Below, piece after piece: positions 35,823-37,456 of a stretch of DNA of 37,456 nucleotides. The notes beneath the pieces were generated by a model. That model saw only the letters and a list, made by a program, of their open reading frames with translations, had not been told where the DNA came from and made no database searches. The position numbers and the translations under genes are program-made. Origin of the DNA: Myxococcota bacterium (GTDB lineage Bacteria; Myxococcota; XYA12-FULL-58-9; JALHOP01); the NCBI GenBank assembly GCA_041288095.1, contig JBGGMJ010000209.1, positions 1 through 37,456 on the forward strand, given 5' to 3'. Numbering within the stretch: the stretch's first letter is position 1; every line of letters starts with the position of its first letter.

Positions 35823-35838
35823 TGCTTCGGCAGTGCCA
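35823..35838 (-). promoter_or_regulatory. possible sigma54 promoter for the GH15-GH162 gene
   Basis: The minus strand reads TGGCACTGCCGAAGCA: a perfect TGGCAC and correct GG-N10-GC spacing, but AA in place of TT before the -12 GC. Confidence 0.35.
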
Positions 35839-35877
35839 GGCTCGGTAAACAGCGGCCACGCAGTCGGGGGGATTGCT

Positions 35878-36975
35878 TTGGCAATACGTTGGGTTCGGTG
35901 CGTTGTCGCGACCAGCGCTTTCCTGTGCGTGACGATGGCGGCCAAGGCGCAGGAAGCAGCCGCTGAGCGTGAGAAGCCGCCCGCGGTAGCGACCGAGCCG
36001 GTAGCTGCCGACAGTGACACGCGACCAACGCGTGGCACCACCGAGCCGGCGGCCAGCGACCCAACGGGCGTAAAACCAGGCATTTCAGCGGGTGAATCGG
36101 AGTCACCGCTCGGCAAGACCGACCAGCGCGAGCCACAAACCGAAACCCACGCCGAGCCGGTGCCCTTCGAGCTGCCGGCGCTGAACTGGAAACCCGAGTG
36201 GGCTCGGGTCGGGACCGGCAACTACGTCTTCATCGGCGCGGCGGCGGCGGTCTCGGTCGGCGCTTCGATCATCAGACCGCTCGGCAATCACAACCTCGAA
36301 GGGCCCATTCTCTTCGATGCGTCCGTCCGCCGCGCCCTTCGCTTCGACTCACTCAACGCCCGCTACGCCTCCCTGGATCTGTCCGACATCTTCTTGTCGC
36401 TGGAGATCACCTGGCCGTTCGCGGTCGACGCCTTGGTGATGGCCGGCGGCGTACGCCGCAGCCCCGACGTCGCCTGGGAGATGGCCGTCATCGACGCCGA
36501 GGCGGTCGCGCTCACCACCGCCGTGCACCAGATCACCACGCTCCTGGTCAGCCGGCCGCGACCTTACCTGGAAAACTGCGGCGACGAGCTGTCGCCCGAC
36601 TTGAATCTCTGCGTGCGCAACGGCCGCTATCGCAGCTTCTTCAGCGGTCACGCGGCCATGTCGTTCACGGGTGCGAGCCTCATCTGCGCGCACCGATTCC
36701 GTCACGAGATCTTCGGTGCCAAGGCCGACATCCTCACCTGCGCGACCGCTTACGTCGCGGCGGCGGCGACGGCGAGCATGCGTGTCATCGGCGACGTGCA
36801 CAACGCGAGCGACGTCATCACGGGCGCTGTCATCGGCACGGCGATTGGCCTCGCCGTCCCGGCGCTGCACTACCGCAGCTGGGACAGGACGAAACGCGGG
36901 GCTAAAGTAGGCCGGGATTACGAGATCTCCGTTTACCCGACGCAAAACGGTATCGGCCTCGCGGTGGTGCACTGA
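35878..36975 (+). CDS. PAP2 family phosphatase with N-terminal signal and low-complexity extension
   Basis: C1 SRPRP, C2 SFFSGH and C3 MRVIGDVHNASDV, plus several TM helices. The TTG start at 35878 follows GGGGGA and gives a signal-like N-terminus. Confidence 0.85.
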   Translation: MAIRWVRCVVATSAFLCVTMAAKAQEAAAEREKPPAVATEPVAADSDTRPTRGTTEPAASDPTGVKPGISAGESESPLGKTDQREPQTETHAEPVPFELPALNWKPEWARVGTGNYVFIGAAAAVSVGASIIRPLGNHNLEGPILFDASVRRALRFDSLNARYASLDLSDIFLSLEITWPFAVDALVMAGGVRRSPDVAWEMAVIDAEAVALTTAVHQITTLLVSRPRPYLENCGDELSPDLNLCVRNGRYRSFFSGHAAMSFTGASLICAHRFRHEIFGAKADILTCATAYVAAAATASMRVIGDVHNASDVITGAVIGTAIGLAVPALHYRSWDRTKRGAKVGRDYEISVYPTQNGIGLAVVH

Positions 36976-37420
36976 TGTGGCTCATCACCGTCGTCTCCCT
37001 CATGACCGCGCAAGCGAACGTCGCGGGGCCAACCAACGTCGTCGAGACCACGACCGGCGAGATCGTGCCCGCCGAGGACAGCGTCAACGTCGAAGAAGAC
37101 GTCAAGCCCACCATCGATCGCTTCGCGTGGAAGACCGGAAGGCGCCGGCTCTTCGCGGCCACGACCACCGACCTCGGGTACATCTATCTGCGACCGCGAT
37201 TGGCGTTGGGCTATGGCGCGCCGCACTACCGATGGATGGGCGTCGAGATCAACCCCATCTTTAGCCGACAAGGCGTGGGTGGGTGGGGCGGCGTGCGCTT
37301 CGCCTTGCCGTATATCGACATTCGCGCGGGCGCTCGCGCGTTCTACGCCTTCGAGCGCTCTTTCTTGCCGGGCGATCAGGAATCCTTCGATCGCGCGGCG
37401 CTCGAGACCTCGGGCGGCGA
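36975..37420 (+). CDS. hypothetical exported protein, possibly an outer-membrane beta-barrel; 3' truncated
   Basis: TGATG coupling to the PAP2 gene. The frame MWLITVVSLMTAQA...DLGYIYLRPRLALGYG...WMGVEINP...GGVRFALPYIDIRAGARAFY stays open up to the poly-T/adapter junction and shows alternating beta-strand patterns. It is absent from the ORF track because it has no stop. Confidence 0.7.
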
Positions 37421-37456
37421 TTTTTTTTTTAATGATACGGCGACCACCGAGATCTA
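37421..37456 (+). other. technical artefact: T10 plus Illumina P5 adapter
   Basis: 37431-37456 reads AATGATACGGCGACCACCGAGATCTA, identical to the start of the Illumina P5 oligo, and is preceded by 10 T. Confidence 0.98.

Noticed and set aside
37421..37430. T10 tract as a terminator or phase-variable homopolymer
   Set aside because: It directly adjoins the Illumina P5 sequence and is part of the artefact.
1..37456. Many long overlapping ORFs in the track (e.g. 7436..8848 -, 4391..5614 -, 19319..20284 -, 23349..24386 -, 30259..31296 +)
   Set aside because: They are Arg/Gly/Pro-rich or antisense in-register shadows of well-supported genes. This is expected in high-GC DNA where stop codons are rare, and they carry no motifs.
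1..37456. tRNA, rRNA, IS elements, integrases and defence systems
   Set aside because: I recognised no cloverleaf, rRNA signature, transposase or recombinase motif, terminal inverted repeat or known defence domain. Intergenic spaces are mostly too short to hold them.

Overview
A 37.5-kb, GC-rich, densely coding bacterial fragment. It most likely comes from Myxococcota or a related deltaproteobacterial lineage, inferred from a MYXO-CTERM-like sorting tail and several sigma54-type promoters. It holds about 37 genes: a hybrid histidine kinase, a class I/II aminotransferase, an M20 peptidase, two MFS transporters, an ArsR regulator, a pyridine nucleotide-disulfide oxidoreductase, an SDR, NhaA, an EthA-like monooxygenase, a cytochrome c, a GT-C-like membrane protein with a methyltransferase, an ATP-dependent DNA ligase, a DUF748/AsmA-like protein, a PAP2 phosphatase and many lipoproteins or hypotheticals. 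I found no rRNA, tRNA, CRISPR array or mobile element. The standout is a 1024-aa protein (32694..35768, minus) that appears to fuse a fungal-type GH15 glucoamylase to a GH162-like endo-beta-1,2-glucanase, with catalytic-type motifs intact in both halves and no Sec signal peptide. Other notable items are a surface protein built from eukaryote-like Cys-rich repeats, a TIMP-like protein, an orphan membrane-fusion protein with a very short hairpin, two unrelated lipoproteins sharing the same N-terminal motif, and a palindrome-rich sigma54 promoter ahead of four unknown genes. The last 36 nt are poly-T plus the Illumina P5 adapter, an assembly artefact. All family calls come from motif recognition by eye; no database searches were run.
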